From assembly GCF_009914755.1 (NCBI RefSeq), contig NC_060925.1: a stretch of 64,000 nucleotides of DNA; one strand, given 5' to 3'. The position numbers and the translations under genes were made by a program. Shown one piece after another: positions 43,991-58,583 of the stretch. The first letter of the stretch is position 1. Each line of letters begins with the position of its first letter. The DNA is from the human T2T-CHM13v2.0 reference genome, Homo sapiens. The notes under the pieces were generated by a model, which was given only the letters and a program-made list of their open reading frames with translations, did not search any database and was not told the DNA's origin.

Positions 43991-44309
43991 CAATAAATTT
44001 TTAATATGATGGGAAGATATTCAAAATATAAAATTAGTAGTATAAACAAGAAACAGTCTTTATACATTGAATTAAACTACATAAACACATACACACATAT
44101 ATTTGTATTTACATAGGAAAATTATTGTAAAGATGTGTATTAGTCTAAAAATGAAGGAACTATCAAAATATTACAAAACAATATTTGGGTAGTAGATATC
44201 AGTAATTAACAAATTTTAAATGTGTTTTGCTAAAATCTCAATGATGAATTTATATTTCATAACTACAGTTTTATGTAACTATGTTCTTTATCTGCATCTA
44301 CTTTTGTAA

Positions 44310-44630
44310 CTGAAATTTTTATTGAAATAATTATAGATTCACATGCAGTTGTGAGAAACAGTACAGAGAGATAGCTGTAAACTTTGCCCATTTCTCCCAG
44401 TGGTATATTTTGCAAAACTCTAGTGTAATATCACAGCCAGGATGTTGACATTGATTCGTTCCACCTCAGATTCCCCTAGTTTCTTGTACTCATTTGCATG
44501 TGTACTCATGTGTGTATGTTAAGTTCCACACTATTTTCTCAACTATGTGGGTTCCTGAATCACAGTCAAGGTACCAAACAGTTCCAACACCATAAGGAAC
44601 CCCCATGTTGCCATCCACACCTGCCACTAT
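44310..44630 (-). mobile_element. Old L1M 3' end
   Basis: ATAATTATAGATTCACATGCAGTTGTGAGAAACAGTACAGAGAGAT motif. Confidence 0.7.
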
Positions 44631-46435
44631 TCTTTTAAAAAAGTACTTGACCCCAATGGGTCGGGCATTTATTTTATTTTGCTTTTGCATCTGAGGCCAT
44701 AATGGTGGAACCTTAGAGTTGGGAAGGACTTAGCAGTCTTCTTGGTTCCTCAATATAGAAGTTTTAGAGGAGGAGTGGGAGGCATTTTATAATTCTCCAC
44801 CCTCCTCCAAACACATCATCAGCTTGAGCTGTCTTCCCAACCTTTGCCCCGTAACACCTTTGCCTTGGTAATGCAGGTCTCAAGTTAGATATCATGTCCA
44901 CTGGAAACTCTTGTCTGACCTTCTAAGTCTGGGTCAGGTGCTTCTTTGTGCCCTGATTATGTTCTGTATTTTCCTCTTTGTGGCACTTTTCTCATTTTAT
45001 AATTGCTCATAGATAATAAATAAATAGTGAATGGGTAGATGGAGGTCTGGATGAGAGTCCTTTCCCAGTGTCTGATGATCCTGCAATGGCCGCTTCTCCT
45101 TCCTTTCCCACCTTGTGAGTGGCTTTTGATCCTGCCTGCACTTCGGCCACAGCACTTATGTGGCAAGCCCTTGTTTATGTTGATTGTGCCCAATTCCAGC
45201 CTTCTACCTGCTGATGGTTCCACCAGGATGACTAACTTCATCTTCTGAGCTTGTCACATTTTTCTTTTCCTTCATTTATAAAGTCAGTAAGATGATTACT
45301 TTAAGTAGCTATGAGCCTATATTGTGCTATGTGCTTGATATATATTATAATAGCTTCAGCTCTGTTCAAAAGAGGAAATGGCTACAGCTGACCCAGAGAG
45401 CATCTGGGGATAAAATGGGGATAGTAAAACATAACTTGAAGTATATTTTATTAAAATATGTATAGGAATATTTTTAATATTTTATTCAATATAATAAATA
45501 TAAATATTGTATTTATACAGTATTCCCACTCATGATCCTGAACAACTTATTATTCCTGAATAAGTTGTTCAGGATCGTGTAGCCAGATTAGTGGCAGAAA
45601 TAGATTCAAATCCAAAACTGTCTGTTACAAAGTTCACCTTTTTTGCTCTGTCTGCAAGAAGGAACTGCATCTCTAGGGATCTGTTTTAATTTCCTGATTC
45701 TTCCAAGACTTAGAACATCCTCTAGGGACCTGTATCCAAGTCTAGTTCTTGACTGAACCCTCTAGTTAGGTAGCTCTGGACTTTGGAAGGCAGCCATTCT
45801 ATTGCTGGACAAGAAACATTGCTGGGATGTTTATTGATGTTCAGTGGAAATCTGCCCTTCACTCTCTCAGTTCTGTATCTAGGTGGCTTGTAGTTCTTTC
45901 CCTTGGTGCAACATACATTCTTTTGAATTTATAGGTCCCTCATGCTGTACCTAAAAGGGATTTTTCTGGGTTTACCTCTTTATTTTACAGATGAAGAAAC
46001 TTGAGTCCAAAGAGAGAAGCCCTGTTTAACTTACTGCCCTTGAGTTACTTGAAACCTAATCTTGCCTTTCTGGCTTACCTTTCTCTTTCTAGCTCTTTCA
46101 GTCTTTCCTCATGAGATGGGTTTTCTTTACTTTTTATTACCCTAGTCATTCTCCTTATGGACACTCTCCAGCTGGCCTGTGTGCCTCCTATTTTTGAAGC
46201 TGACCTCAATATTCCAAATTCGGGTTGATTGCATGGAGTTCAACAGAGGATGTTTAATTCTGCAAACAATGATGAGATGCCACTATGTACCAGGAACATG
46301 TTGCAATCCTCTACCATATTCTGCCTTTCTTTTTCTTTGTGCACATTGTCTACAATATTTATGAGGCTAGAGGTTTGGTTGCATATGTCACAAAGGCCAT
46401 CATAACAGTGGCTTAAGCAGATGAAAGTCTATTTC

Positions 46436-46742
46436 TTTTTTTTTTGTTTTGTTTTGTTTTTTGAGACGGAGTCTTTCTCTGTTGCCCAGGCTGGAGTACA
46501 GTGGCCCAATTTCGGCTCACCGCAAGCTCCGCCTCCTGGGTTCAAGCCATTCTCCTGCCTCAGCCTCCCAAGTAGCTGGGACTACAGGCGCCGCCACCAT
46601 GCCCAGCTAATTTTGTGTATTTTTAGTAGAGATAGGGTTTCACCGTGTTAGCCAGGATGGTCTCAATCTCCTGACCTCGTGATCCGCCAGTCTCGGCCTC
46701 CCAAAGTGTTGGGATTACAGGCGTGTGCCACCGCGCCCAGCC
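46436..46742 (-). mobile_element. Alu (AluSc/Y-like) inserted in an old MLT1 LTR (~46365-47150)
   Basis: Full Alu; degenerate TSD TGAA...TATTTCT. Confidence 0.88.
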
Positions 46743-49700
46743 TTGAAGGCTTATTTCTTGCTCATATAAAAGTCGGATCTGGAATGGATGTTGTATAAAG
46801 TAGCTAGGGTGCCAAGCTGCTTCTATCATGCTGCTTTTTTAATCTTTAGGGTATTACTCTCTTCTTCGTCATCTAAGATGGCCAACTAAACATTAGTTTT
46901 CCAGCCAATGTGAAGGCGAGGGAAGGGCTTACTTTTTCTCTCTGAGAAACAGCGTGTAAGTTGCAGTCTTAATTCCACTCTCATCCCATTGGCCAGAACT
47001 TAATCACATGGTCGTACCTGGCTGAAGGAAAGCCTGGGAAATGTAGTCTTTTATTCTGGTAGTCCATGCGACGAGCTAAAAATATTCCTAAGAAGAACAA
47101 GGAGGGGAGAATGGATTTTGGTTGGCAAATAGCAGTCTCTACCATACCCCTCCTTCTTCAGCTCCAGGGAAACAAGTCCTGGTTGGTTCTTTGTAGCCAT
47201 TGGCTTCCCAGGTTTATGAAGTTCCATTTCTAGGAAAAGTGGCAAAGCAGGATCTCCCAGAAATTCTCAGGATTCTGTGAAAGACTGAAAATCAGAATCT
47301 TTGGTGTGGAGGTCACAATGATAAAAATACCTGCCATTTATTTGGGGCTTACTATTTGTTTGCTAGGCATATGTTAACATGCATTCTCTTATTTAATTTT
47401 CAGATGAATCCTAGGGGGCAGGTATGATAACTAATTCTAAATTTACAAACCAAGTTTTCCAAAGAGGTGAAACAACTTCCCAAGGTTGTACAGCGATTAC
47501 AGGGTGAAGCTGCCACCTGTTTATCTTAGTGCACTGGAGCCTGAGGTCATTGCCCACTCAGTTTGATGCCAGACAGACCAGAGTTGCTCATTAACACTTC
47601 ATAAAGCCCTCTCATGTTCCTCATAATAACCAGACATTTCTAATTATAACTTGAGCAGCAAATGTTGTTTAAGATAGGTTATGAGCCCCAAGTTGAAGGG
47701 ATGGCTTTTATACCATGTTTGCTGAGTATGAGCTCAGGTCAGACAAAATATTGGGTGACCAAATTGGCAAAGACCATTGTCCCTGTATTCCATTTTGCTG
47801 TCAGCAGTGCTCTTGGTTTATTTTCTTTTCCATGAGGAAACTGAGGCACAGAGCTATCACAGGACTTATTCCATGTGGTAATGTTGGGATTTGCTCCACA
47901 TTGTTATGATACCAAGCTGGAAATCTTCATTCTCCTGCTGCCACATGTTCCTTACTCTGGGGGGGCCTGGACTTCTATTTCCTCATGTCCTGGAGTCTCT
48001 CAGCATGTCCTGGGACCTGGGACCTGGTTCCAGGCCTGAGTTTGCCAGCTTTGCTGTGTCTGGTTAGAGATCACAGGCTTTTCTGGACTCTTTTTTGCTT
48101 ATAGCTTTGCTTTTTAAATTTTTTTTCTCCTATAAATATGGCAGATGGATTACGAATACAAATGTTAACGTGGGGCACTCAATGAAGAAAGGATGTCTCT
48201 ATGGTTAACTCTCTTTTCCAGCTCCAAATCAGGATATGTAGACTACAGGAAGGGGCAATGGAAACCTTGATATTTAAGAATAACAAACGTTTGGTGAATT
48301 GGGTGGTGGGGCACCTTTCTGGAGGATGAAAAGGAATCAATTATGCAAAGAGCCAGGTAGAGGTTTCTTAGCAGGATGATAGCAAAAGCAAATGCCTTAA
48401 GTGCAGAAATGAAAAAGAGGCAAGAAATAAACTAATATCATGTTTGAGTCTTACATATTTTGGAATTTATTTATTACGGAAGGAGAGACAGAAGCTCATT
48501 ATCAGCAATGACTCCCCTCCCCTGAATCAACGGCAATTTTTGGACAGGCCTCAATAATGCTAGGAGTAAGTGCTGTCACGCTTGTCAAATATACTTTGCT
48601 TAGGTATGTTTGGAAAAATGATCAGTGTCCTTGGTGAAGTGTTATTCTCTTTTGCTTCATTAAACTCACCTTAGGAAGTGGTTAAATTGACAGTGTTTTT
48701 TTTGTTTTGTTTTGTTTCCAGAATTCTCTTGACATCTCCCAGAGGCTTTGAACATAAGATACCAGTGCTGTTTTTGATATTAGCAGTGGTTTATAAAAAT
48801 ATTTAAGTGACTCTTTCCTCTTAACGTACATTCAAATACTTAGAGGGTTAGAAATTAGAAGATTATATCAGAATTTCAAACCTGGGATTTATAGAAAATT
48901 GGAGGGTGCTCAAAGATGTTCTGTTGGCAGAGGAGTTGAGTTGCTCTGAGAACAATGGTGGATTCTTTTATTTACAGTGGTTACAGACTCACAGATGTGC
49001 TTCCACTGGCCACAATCCATCCATCACTAGCAGATTTGTACATTGTTCCAGTTTGGGCATTTGGGTTCTCAATCTAATGTTAATTCACCTGCTCATATTA
49101 AGAATTTTAACATACCAAGAAATGTTTTTTTAAAAGCAAACAAAAACAACACTATCCCCCAAATTAATAGTGGGAATTGAATAGTACATTTTGGCCTTAT
49201 TACTCATCTGGGCTCAGCAGAGATCTTTGGATATGCTTCCAATAACAATAAAAATAACAGCTTGGTGAAATAAATGGACTCGTAGGTGGAGAACCGAAGT
49301 ACTGAGAGGAGTTTTATCTTCTGATTGCATTGCTCTTTGGCATTGACCATGGATAAAAACCATCACTGCTTTATTTTTAGTTTATAAAGTACTTCTATGG
49401 ATAACATTTTACTTCAGCTTTACAACTGCCTTGTAAACTGGGTATAATTGTCTTCATTTCACAGCTGAGGAGACTGAGGCTTAAAGGGGTTAAGTGAGTT
49501 GCCCAAGGTCACAGCATAGCAAGCAGGTGACAGCATCGGGATTCCAACCCGTATGTTATTATATAAATTGTCTTAAATCCTGAAAACATGATAGCTTTAA
49601 AACCTTAAAAAGCATCAGTGCCATCTTTAGAACAATGACTTAGGATTTTTTTTTCCTCCATGGATATTGCTTTAAATGTTTGAGGAAATAACTGCAAATT

Positions 49701-51035
49701 TTGTTTCATCCTAACCCTAATAATGCTCTCTACAATGTCCCTCAGCTCAGAATTCCTTGTGACTATTTGAAGCTTCAGTCTTTAATATTGCCTTGTGTTT
49801 GATTATATCATGTCAAAGGCAGAGCCTGGAAAATCATTATTAAGGATTTGTAGGTTGTTTGCATGACCTTTTAAAGTAAAAAGGATAGATATGAATAGAA
49901 ATAAATAAAATTATTTTGCAAAGTAACCATAAGGCTTCAGCCATGTCTGTATCTAATTTATTCACTATAAAAAGTTCTACTGAAGATACATTTTGACTTA
50001 GATCACATAATTGAGAAAAAGATGGCAAATTTATCGTTAGGTTAATGTAACTATCCCTTCTTTGGAGAGGATGATAACAAAACTGTCAAAAGAAAAAGAT
50101 GCCCAGATGAGATTATACTTGCAAAATTTTGTAGGCAGATACACAAACTGCAAGTATAACATGTAACCATGTTTGACAGGAGAAGTAGGAGAACATGGGT
50201 TACAAAATCCTTAAGCTTGACAGCCTCTGGCAAGGTGGTGAATAATGTGAGGTCTTTTAAAATGGCTTTCTTGAGATAAAGCACAGAATGTAATGCATGC
50301 AACTTTCAGAATTGTTGCTGGAGACAGCAAAAATACTCTTGAGACAGTGCAGGCTACTGAGGAAAATACATGCGGTGATCCAGAAGAAAGTGAGAGCACG
50401 GGCTGTTGGGAGAACTGCAAAGAGTTTCCCTGGGACTGGGGCAAAGATGGGTGAAGGAGGAATGCAGGAGGTGAGAATGGGAAGGAAAGCAGTTCCCAGG
50501 TTATTCAAGGCTTTGTAAACCATGTAACCCTGTGCCTCTAAAAATTTCTATGAACGGGAGTGATAAGATAAAATTTGTATTTTAACAACATGCCTCATCC
50601 CTCTGGAGAGGATTGGAGGGGTCCAAAGCTGTTAGGAGGCTAGAGATGGAAATGGCCTGAACTGAGTAAGATACTAAGTAAGGAGTAGTGGGTGTGTAGA
50701 AAGGTGGGTTGGATTTGGGTTTTGCCTATAGGAACAGTGGGAGGAAACAAGGTGACTCTCAGATTTCTTTGTATCTACCCATTCTTACTCCATAACCTCC
50801 CATGCTGTAAAATGATGGTGGTGGTAACAATGACTATAAAATTTGAAGGCCTGTTATATTATAGGTGTGAAACTTCTCATCACCTACAAGATAAAATTCA
50901 AGTCTTAAAGGGGCATGCAAGCATTCCATAATGTGCTTGTTGCCTATCCTACCACCCTTTGGTAAACACCCTGTGCAGTATTGCTGACCAATTTATAGTT
51001 CAGAATCTAAGGTCAGAATTAACAATATGTATTGA

Positions 51036-51389
<354 letters not shown>

Positions 51390-52021
51390 TATGTCTGTCC
51401 TTTTATGGAGCTTCTTTTGTAGTAGATAGAGACAGAAAAAATAAAAACCCTCAAGATAAAAAGAGCCGTGAAGAAAAAAGAGTAGACTAAGGAGAGTTCA
51501 TATAGGGTGATCAGGAAAGCATCTCTGAAAAAGAAACATTTAAGGAGAAACCTATAGGAAGTGAGGAGGGAAGCCGCGTGGCTCACTGGGGGAATAGTGG
51601 AATTGTAAGTGCAAAGGCCCTGAGGGAAGTACATGTTGAATAGACGAGTAGTGTGGCTGCAGCAAAGACGCAGGGAGAAAGGTAGGAGATAAGGCAAGAG
51701 GGGTACAGAGGCCTGTTCCTATAGAGCCTTGTAGGCCATTGCGCGAGCTTTGATTTTTATTCTAAGTGAGATGGGAAATGATTGGAAAATTTTCAGCAGA
51801 AGAGTAACATTTGCCTTATTTCTTAAAAGAACACCTTTGTTTCTCTTTATGAACCACACCTTAGGGAGGCAAGGGTGGAGGCAGAGACAGCAGTGAAGAA
51901 GATATTGCAATAATTCAGATGAGAAGTGATTGGCTTAGACCAGGTTGGTGGCACTATAGGCAGTGAGAAAAGGTTGATTATACCTCTTTGTATGTGGTAA
52001 TATAAAAATATTATATACATT

Positions 52022-52400
52022 TGTATTAGTCTGTTCTCATGCTACTAATAAAGACATATCCAAGGCTGGGTAATTTATTAAAGGAAAGAGGTTTAATTGA
52101 CTCACAGTTCAGCATGGCTAGGGAGGCTGCAGGAAACTTACAATCATGGCAGAAGGGGAAGCAAACATATCCTTCTTCATGCAGCAGCAGCAAGGAGAAG
52201 TGCCAAGCAAAAGGAGGAAAAGTCCCCTATGAAACTATTATATCTTGTGAGAACTCACCACTATCACGAGAACAGGAGCATGGGGGTAACTGCCCCCATG
52301 ATTCAGTTACCTCCCACTGGGTCCCTCCCACAACACATGGGGATTATCGGAACCACAGTTCAAGATGAGATTTGGGTGGGGACACAGCCAAACCATGTCA
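52022..52400 (-). mobile_element. THE1 solo LTR (THE1C-like)
   Basis: TGTATTAGTCTGTTCTCATGCT ... GAGATTTGGGTGGGGACACAGCCAAACCATGTCA; 5-bp TSD ACATT. Confidence 0.88.
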
Positions 52401-52429
52401 ACATTGTACATGATATATGTAGTACCTAA

Positions 52430-54760
52430 ATATATATAGTTTTCTAAATTCAAATATACAAAAAAGTAAAAAGGGGAAACACAGGTAGAAACCAGAAACC
52501 CATGTCCCCATTACTCAGCTTCGACAATTATCCACTAATGAGCAATTTCATTTTTTCTAAAGCTGTTCTTGCCCCTCTGGATTATTGTGAAGTAGATCCC
52601 AGCCATAATGTCATTAAATATTTGAATATGCCTCTAACATGTAAGGGCCTAGCTGGGCATGATAGCATGAACTTGTAGTCCTAGTTACAGGGGAGACTGA
52701 GGCTTGGAGTGAGAACCTGCTCAATCAGTCAATCAGTCAATAAAGGGCTCCTTTTAAAAAACACTGTCACAACATTCTCATCTCATCCAGAATCTTAATA
52801 GTCCTTACTATCCTCAAATATCCAGCCTGTTCAGATTTTCCTGATTCTTTTAAGTGGGAATCTTATTTTTGCCTTTTTATAGTTTGTTTGAACCAGGATC
52901 CAAATAATGTTTATGCATTGAAGTTGCTTGGTTTTAAAGTTTCTTCTCTATGTCTCTTTTGTTCCTGTGTAATTTTTGTTGTTGTTGTTGTTGTTGGGAA
53001 AAAAAACCAGGCCATTTGTACTGTAGATTTTCCCCAAGTCTAGATTTTGCTGACTGCATCCCTGTGGTGTCACTTAACCTGTTCCTTTGTCCTCTGTGTT
53101 CCCGGTAGATTAAAGGCTTGATCAGACTTACATTCAGATTAGCTTTTTGCAAGACTATCTCGTAGGTCGTGTTTTGTATTTCCATCGGGGATATACAATG
53201 TGTGGTTGTTTCTGTTTTTTGTCATCACTGTCTAGTGCCATTGTTTTATTAGGGGCTGCAAATGTAATTCTTACTTTTTTTTTTTGTTTGCTGGACTATT
53301 TCTATGAGGAAAAACTCTTCCTCATCAGATATTTGGTTATCCTGGAGTAAAGTTCATATAGCAAACAAAGGAAAAAGGCTTGATTCTTACCCTTTATTTA
53401 CCAGTTTTCAAAAATAAAAAGTAGGTCCCCTATCCTTCTCTGAGGGTGACTTATGAAGCTTCTCTCTTTCTCTTTTTCTCTTCATTTTATTATTATGAAC
53501 TCATATTTTTAAACACACATTCATGTTTCAGTCCACTGCAGTTATTACAGTTGGCCCTCTGGGGATTCCACATCTGTGGATTCAACCAACCCTGAATCAA
53601 AAATATTTGGAAAAACACCAAGACAACAACAACAAAAAAGTACAGAATAAAACAATGATTTGTCTAGCATTTACATTGCAATGTAATAGGTATTATACAT
53701 AATCTAGAGATGATTTAAAGTATATGGGAGGATGTGTGTAGGTTATATGCAAATACTACACGATTTTATATAAGGACTTGAGCATCCTTGGATTTTGGTA
53801 TCCTTGAAGGGCCCTGGATCCAATCTCTCGAGTATATAGAGGGACATCAGTATTCTTACTAATGACTAAATGGACCATCTTTGGTCATGGGAGCCTCTGA
53901 AGCTAGCTCCTGAATGCTTCTAACACACTCAAGTAGTCTTTGATGCTTTCCTTGCTTTCTGGTATCACCAGATGTTCCAGGCTCATCTTGTATGTTTTCT
54001 GCCCCAATCTTAGAATCAGCCACTTTTTCAAAGGGCTCTAGTTCCTTTTAGAGGGAAATGGTGCATAAAGACCTCTGGTGTGAGGGGTGCTCACTGCTCC
54101 TGAGCTGGTTTTTGTGTCTAGGCCTTCTCAGTGGACAGAGCTAGGAGCAAATTTTTTAAAAGGTAAAATACATTATGGATTCACAATTATATTTCTTTCT
54201 CCCATGCCAAAATTCTGGTTCTCAGTTGCACCAGTGTAATTACTTATTTGCTTTGTGCCACAATACACAGCCACAGAATCACAATACCAACACTATCACC
54301 AAAACAGGTTAAGGTAGTTTTGTTTTTTGTTTTTCTTTTGGTGGTGGTGGGGGTACTGGTTGTATATATTTTGCTTTAAGACAGTTACTTTGTATCTTAA
54401 AGTTACTTGAGGTAGTTTCTCTCTGTGTGGTTATATCATCAATTTCATACTAAGCTGGGTTGGTTTGGCTCATTTTGCTATCACTTTTGAGGGGTTGCTT
54501 TAAAATTTATGTTTGTAATTATATAGAATATTTACATAGTTTCAAATTCAAATCTTTAAAGCAGGTTGTATTCAAAGAAACAGCTTCTGTCCCTGCCCCC
54601 TCTACCCTGTTCCCTCCCTCACAGGTAACTCTCTTTCAAGTTTTGGGTTTATCTTTTCACTTTGTAAATATGTGTGTGTATCTATCCACTCTCTCTTGGA
54701 TAAGTGGGAGCTCTATACATATCTTAAATTTCGGATAAAATTTGGAGGTAGTACAGACAC
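52430..54760 (-). mobile_element. Old L1 (L1MC-like) fragments
   Basis: GATGTTCCAGGCTCATCTTGTA, AGGCCTTCTCAGTGGACAGAGCTAGGA motifs. Confidence 0.65.
53548..53852. mobile_element. MER2 (TcMar-Tigger)
   Basis: CACATCTGTGGATTCAACCAACC ... GGACTTGAGCATCCTTGGATTTTGGTATCC. Confidence 0.82.
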
Positions 54761-56799
54761 TATTTTCTGAAAGATTGGATGTGAGGTATGAGAATAGAGT
54801 TGAAGCTAATGCCCAGGTATGACATGATTGACTGATAGAATTGAACCACCTGGCCCCGAGTGCCCTTCTTTCCATGTGGCCTGGTTAGCCTCATTCATCT
54901 TTGCAAACTCCAGCTTTCTTTGCTCTCAGGTGCTCTCCTCTGTGCTCCATTGATGCCCTCTGCGTCACATTATCCTTCCCATATGGTCTTATATACTGTT
55001 TTCATTTGTGTTTGGCTGTCAGTAGACTGTGAGCAGCTTGATGTCAGACATTATGCTTTCTTATTCTGTTTTCCCACCACCTATCACAGAACCTTTCACA
55101 CAGTAGAAGCTCAATAGATACCTGAGTAAATAAATAGGCCAGGTGTAATGTTGGGTTCTTAAGAAAAAAAAAATGAGGTGGATGTTGTTGTCCTATTTCA
55201 CAGATGAAGGAACAGGCACTGAAAGGTTTAAGCTGCTTATCTAAAGAAACAGCTAATAAATTGCTGGAGTACGAACCCGAATCTTGTCTGATGCCAAGGC
55301 CACACAGCTCCAACTCTGTGTTCTCATTCAGCAGTGGCATGTGAGACTGTCCACAATTAGCCTATTAATTGTGTGACCTCTGCAAGAAAGTGAGCCTCTA
55401 TGTCTATTTCTACATCTACGAATGCAAGATAGTAATGGCGTGTACATTATAGGGCTGTAAAGCATTTAGAATAATGCCTCATACATAGTAGGGACTCAAA
55501 TCTTAGCTGATTTTAGGTACAATTGTTATTTTTAGTAGCGGAATATTAGAATACTACTACTACCACTACATACAAAGCCCTGTGCTTGGCACTGTGTATG
55601 GAGTCTTCTTTGACTCACCCCATCTTGCCTTCTAGGAGTTTGCAGGCAATGTGCATATGCTTAAAGATTTCAAGAAGGGCAACTGGGGAGTGGTCAGTCA
55701 ACAGGCAGTCACTTGAGATTAGTGCCAAATGCAGGGAAAGAGGAAAGAAGGCACTTGCAGGTGGCCAACTTGTTAGATAATAGTCCCTCACCCCTGGGCT
55801 TCTGGGGCAAAAATAAAAAACAGAAGCCATGGTGGAGATTTGAATGTTTCTGTTCCACCAATGTCACCATTAGTGGCAGCCAAATACTTCGACTCCTTGT
55901 CCAGTTTGGTGATACTCCTAACAGTCCTTGCCTTGTAGCATTAATAAGTTGCACAAATCACAATTTAATACTCACATTATATAGACTCTATGAGTCATGG
56001 GGTCACCCAGAGTTCATGGGACCTTGGAGAGCAGCAAATTCCACCTCCACATTTTATAGAAAGAGACTTTGTCCAGAGAAGGAAAGCCATATGTTTAAGG
56101 GCACACTGGTATTTGGAACTTGAACTCTGTTGGTTAACCTTATGGGTCAGATCATGCAGATTCCCAAATGCCTGGACCCTTGCCTGGGAGGGAGTGGACT
56201 CTCAATATGCAAGAGTGCTGAGAGACGAGGGATGATGGCTCCACTGTTGTGCTGGCCACATTGTATTTGGTGAGTCCAGGCTCCTGCTCTTATCAGAACA
56301 GCAATGGTAGCTGCTGGAGGAAGAGCTGGCCTCCCTCAGGATGTAGCCATTTCTGCTGCCTGATTCATATTGGGCAAGGTCTTCTTTGGGCCCTTCCATA
56401 GCTATAGCCATCTATGTGCTATTGGCGATTGCACTGAGACCTCTACTCTGTCAAAAAGAGGTAAGGAAGAATGTGATAGTGAAAGGGCATGAGATTTAGA
56501 GCCACACAGATCTGGTTTGTGTTCTGACCCCAGTGTTTCTTAGAGGTGTGACTTTTATCCAGTCATTTAACTTCACTGGAAACCTCAATTTCCTCCTCAA
56601 TAAAATGGGCATGATAATATCCACCACAGCAGGTTGTTGTAATGATTAAGTGTGATAATCTATATGAAGCATTTGGCAGAAAAAAAGTGTCCAAAGAATG
56701 GTAGCTTCTCTGCCTCTCTCCCCGACTCTGCCTGACCTTCATTTAGGGCTGTCTGTCCTCTGTCACACAGTGTGGCATAGGGCTGTGGCTGTGTTATTA

Positions 56800-56985
56800 C
56801 ACTTTCTATTTATCAGAAGCTACTGAGGGGTGTTGAAAGATGTAGACTTTAGGCTCCACTCTCAGAGATTCTGATTTGAAAGAAATCTGAAAATTTGCAT
56901 TTTTTAAAACAGGCACCCCAGGCTATTCTGATGCGTAGCCTGGTACCTAGGCTGACATTTAACCTTGGGAACCTCTTGCACCACT
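56800..56985. mobile_element. MER5A-like element between MIR fragments
   Basis: CAGAGATTCTGATT, AATTTGCATTTTT, CCCCAGGCTATTCTGATGC. Confidence 0.6.
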
Positions 56986-58211
56986 GTTTGCCAGACCCCT
57001 TAGCTTGGGCGGGTTATGCAACCTCTCTGAGCCTCATTTCTGCACCTACTAACTGGGACTGATAGCCTGTTTAGCAAGGTCCTTTTCAGGGTGAAATGAA
57101 ACAGTGTGTGTGAAGCATCTTGCATGAACCTAGCACACAGCGGGAGCCTGGTGAAGATGTGAAGACCGATACCAGACACCAAAGGGCTGCATTGCCTTCT
57201 TCCAATCTATAAGCTAGCCGTGGCCCTAGTTCCTTCTTTGGAAACCAAACCCTTGCAATGTATCTGTCCACCTATTCTTACCATTCTGTGGATTTTGCAG
57301 AGGACACATTGTTCATGATGGAAAGCCACCTGCTTGCCTGTCACCTGCATTTTTTGGAGACCCTTTTTATGGTTATTAGTGCCTGTCTTTGAAATTTCAG
57401 CACCTGTGAGCTCTGATTGTGTTACCTGGGATCTAAAAAGGCAGCAGAGGAGAACAGATGCTGCTAATGACTTATCAGCTCTTTTGTCCATAGTCTTCTC
57501 AAAGAAAAAAGGCTGTGACCCTGGGTTTGTCAGCACTGATATGCTTTCACACCACAAAGGGACTTGACAATGGGCAGGTTTCCAAGTCTGTAGAGTGGTT
57601 CTTTGGGGGAAGATGGAAAGCATATTTACAGTTTGGTTCTTCGGGCTCATGCTCTTTCTCCACCTTCTGTGCTCTGCTGCCACTACCCCTGGAATGCTGG
57701 TGCATGTGGCTTTTGAACATGAGAGTCAAAGACAGCAGCTATTGACCCTAAAGGCTGTGTGTGCCTGTGGGGTGGGTGGGACTGGGCAGCAAGAAGAGGC
57801 TGAATTAGGAAAGAGCATCTTGAGCCACTGTCATCATCCCTTTGTGGGACCAAGTCCGTATGAGGGACCGCGATCATAGCTGGATTGTAGTTTTCCACTC
57901 CTGCCTGTTCAAGCCTTAGAAACTAGTTTTCATTAATTTCATTGCTATGCAATGAATGCATAGCAGTTTTCCACTCCTGGGTATCTGTTCTTGCAAATAT
58001 CCTTAGATTAATGCAGAGCAGACATCAGGCCAAGGTCTGCCTTTTTTGTTCTCCAGCAGTGCTTTTGGGTTTGACTGTTTCCTTTTATGTTTTAAGCTTT
58101 TAACAAATATAATAGGAGGCAGCAAAATGTTGTCAGTGGAACACAGGCTTTGGAGTGAGACAGACCTAGGGAAGAGCCTGGCTGTATGACCTAAATTTTT
58201 GTGTTGGGTCC

Positions 58212-58583
58212 TGCTGTGGGCTGAATATTTGTGTCCCCTCCTTTCCCAGATTCGTATGCTGAAACCTAATCCTTAATGTGGTAATATTTGGAGGTAGGGC
58301 CTTTGGGAGGTGATTAGGTTGTGATGGCAGAGCCATCGTGAACGAGATTAGTGCCTTTATAAAAGAGGGCCCCAGAGAACTTGCTTGTCTCTTTCACCAT
58401 GGGAGGATACAGGGAGAAGATGGCCTTCTACGAATAAAGAAGTGGGCCCTCACTAGGTACCAAATCTGCAGGCACCTTGATCTTGGACTTTCTCGTCTCC
58501 AGAACTGTGAGGAATACATTTCTGTTCTTAATAAGCCACTCAATTTATAGTACCTTGTTACAGCAGCCCAAATGGTCTAAGAC
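58212..58583 (+). mobile_element. MLT1A-type LTR inserted in a MIR
   Basis: TGCTGTGGGCTGAATATTTGTGTCCCC ... CAGCAGCCCAAATGGTCTAAGACA. Confidence 0.8.

Noticed and set aside
57393-57412. TTTCAGCACC as a second RE1 site (also CTCAGCACC at ~16801)
   Set aside because: Left half-site only; no GGACAG right half at canonical spacing.
57207-57879. Cluster of 60-158 aa ORFs in apparently unique sequence
   Set aside because: No recognisable domain or convincing splice context; not similar to auxilin exons.
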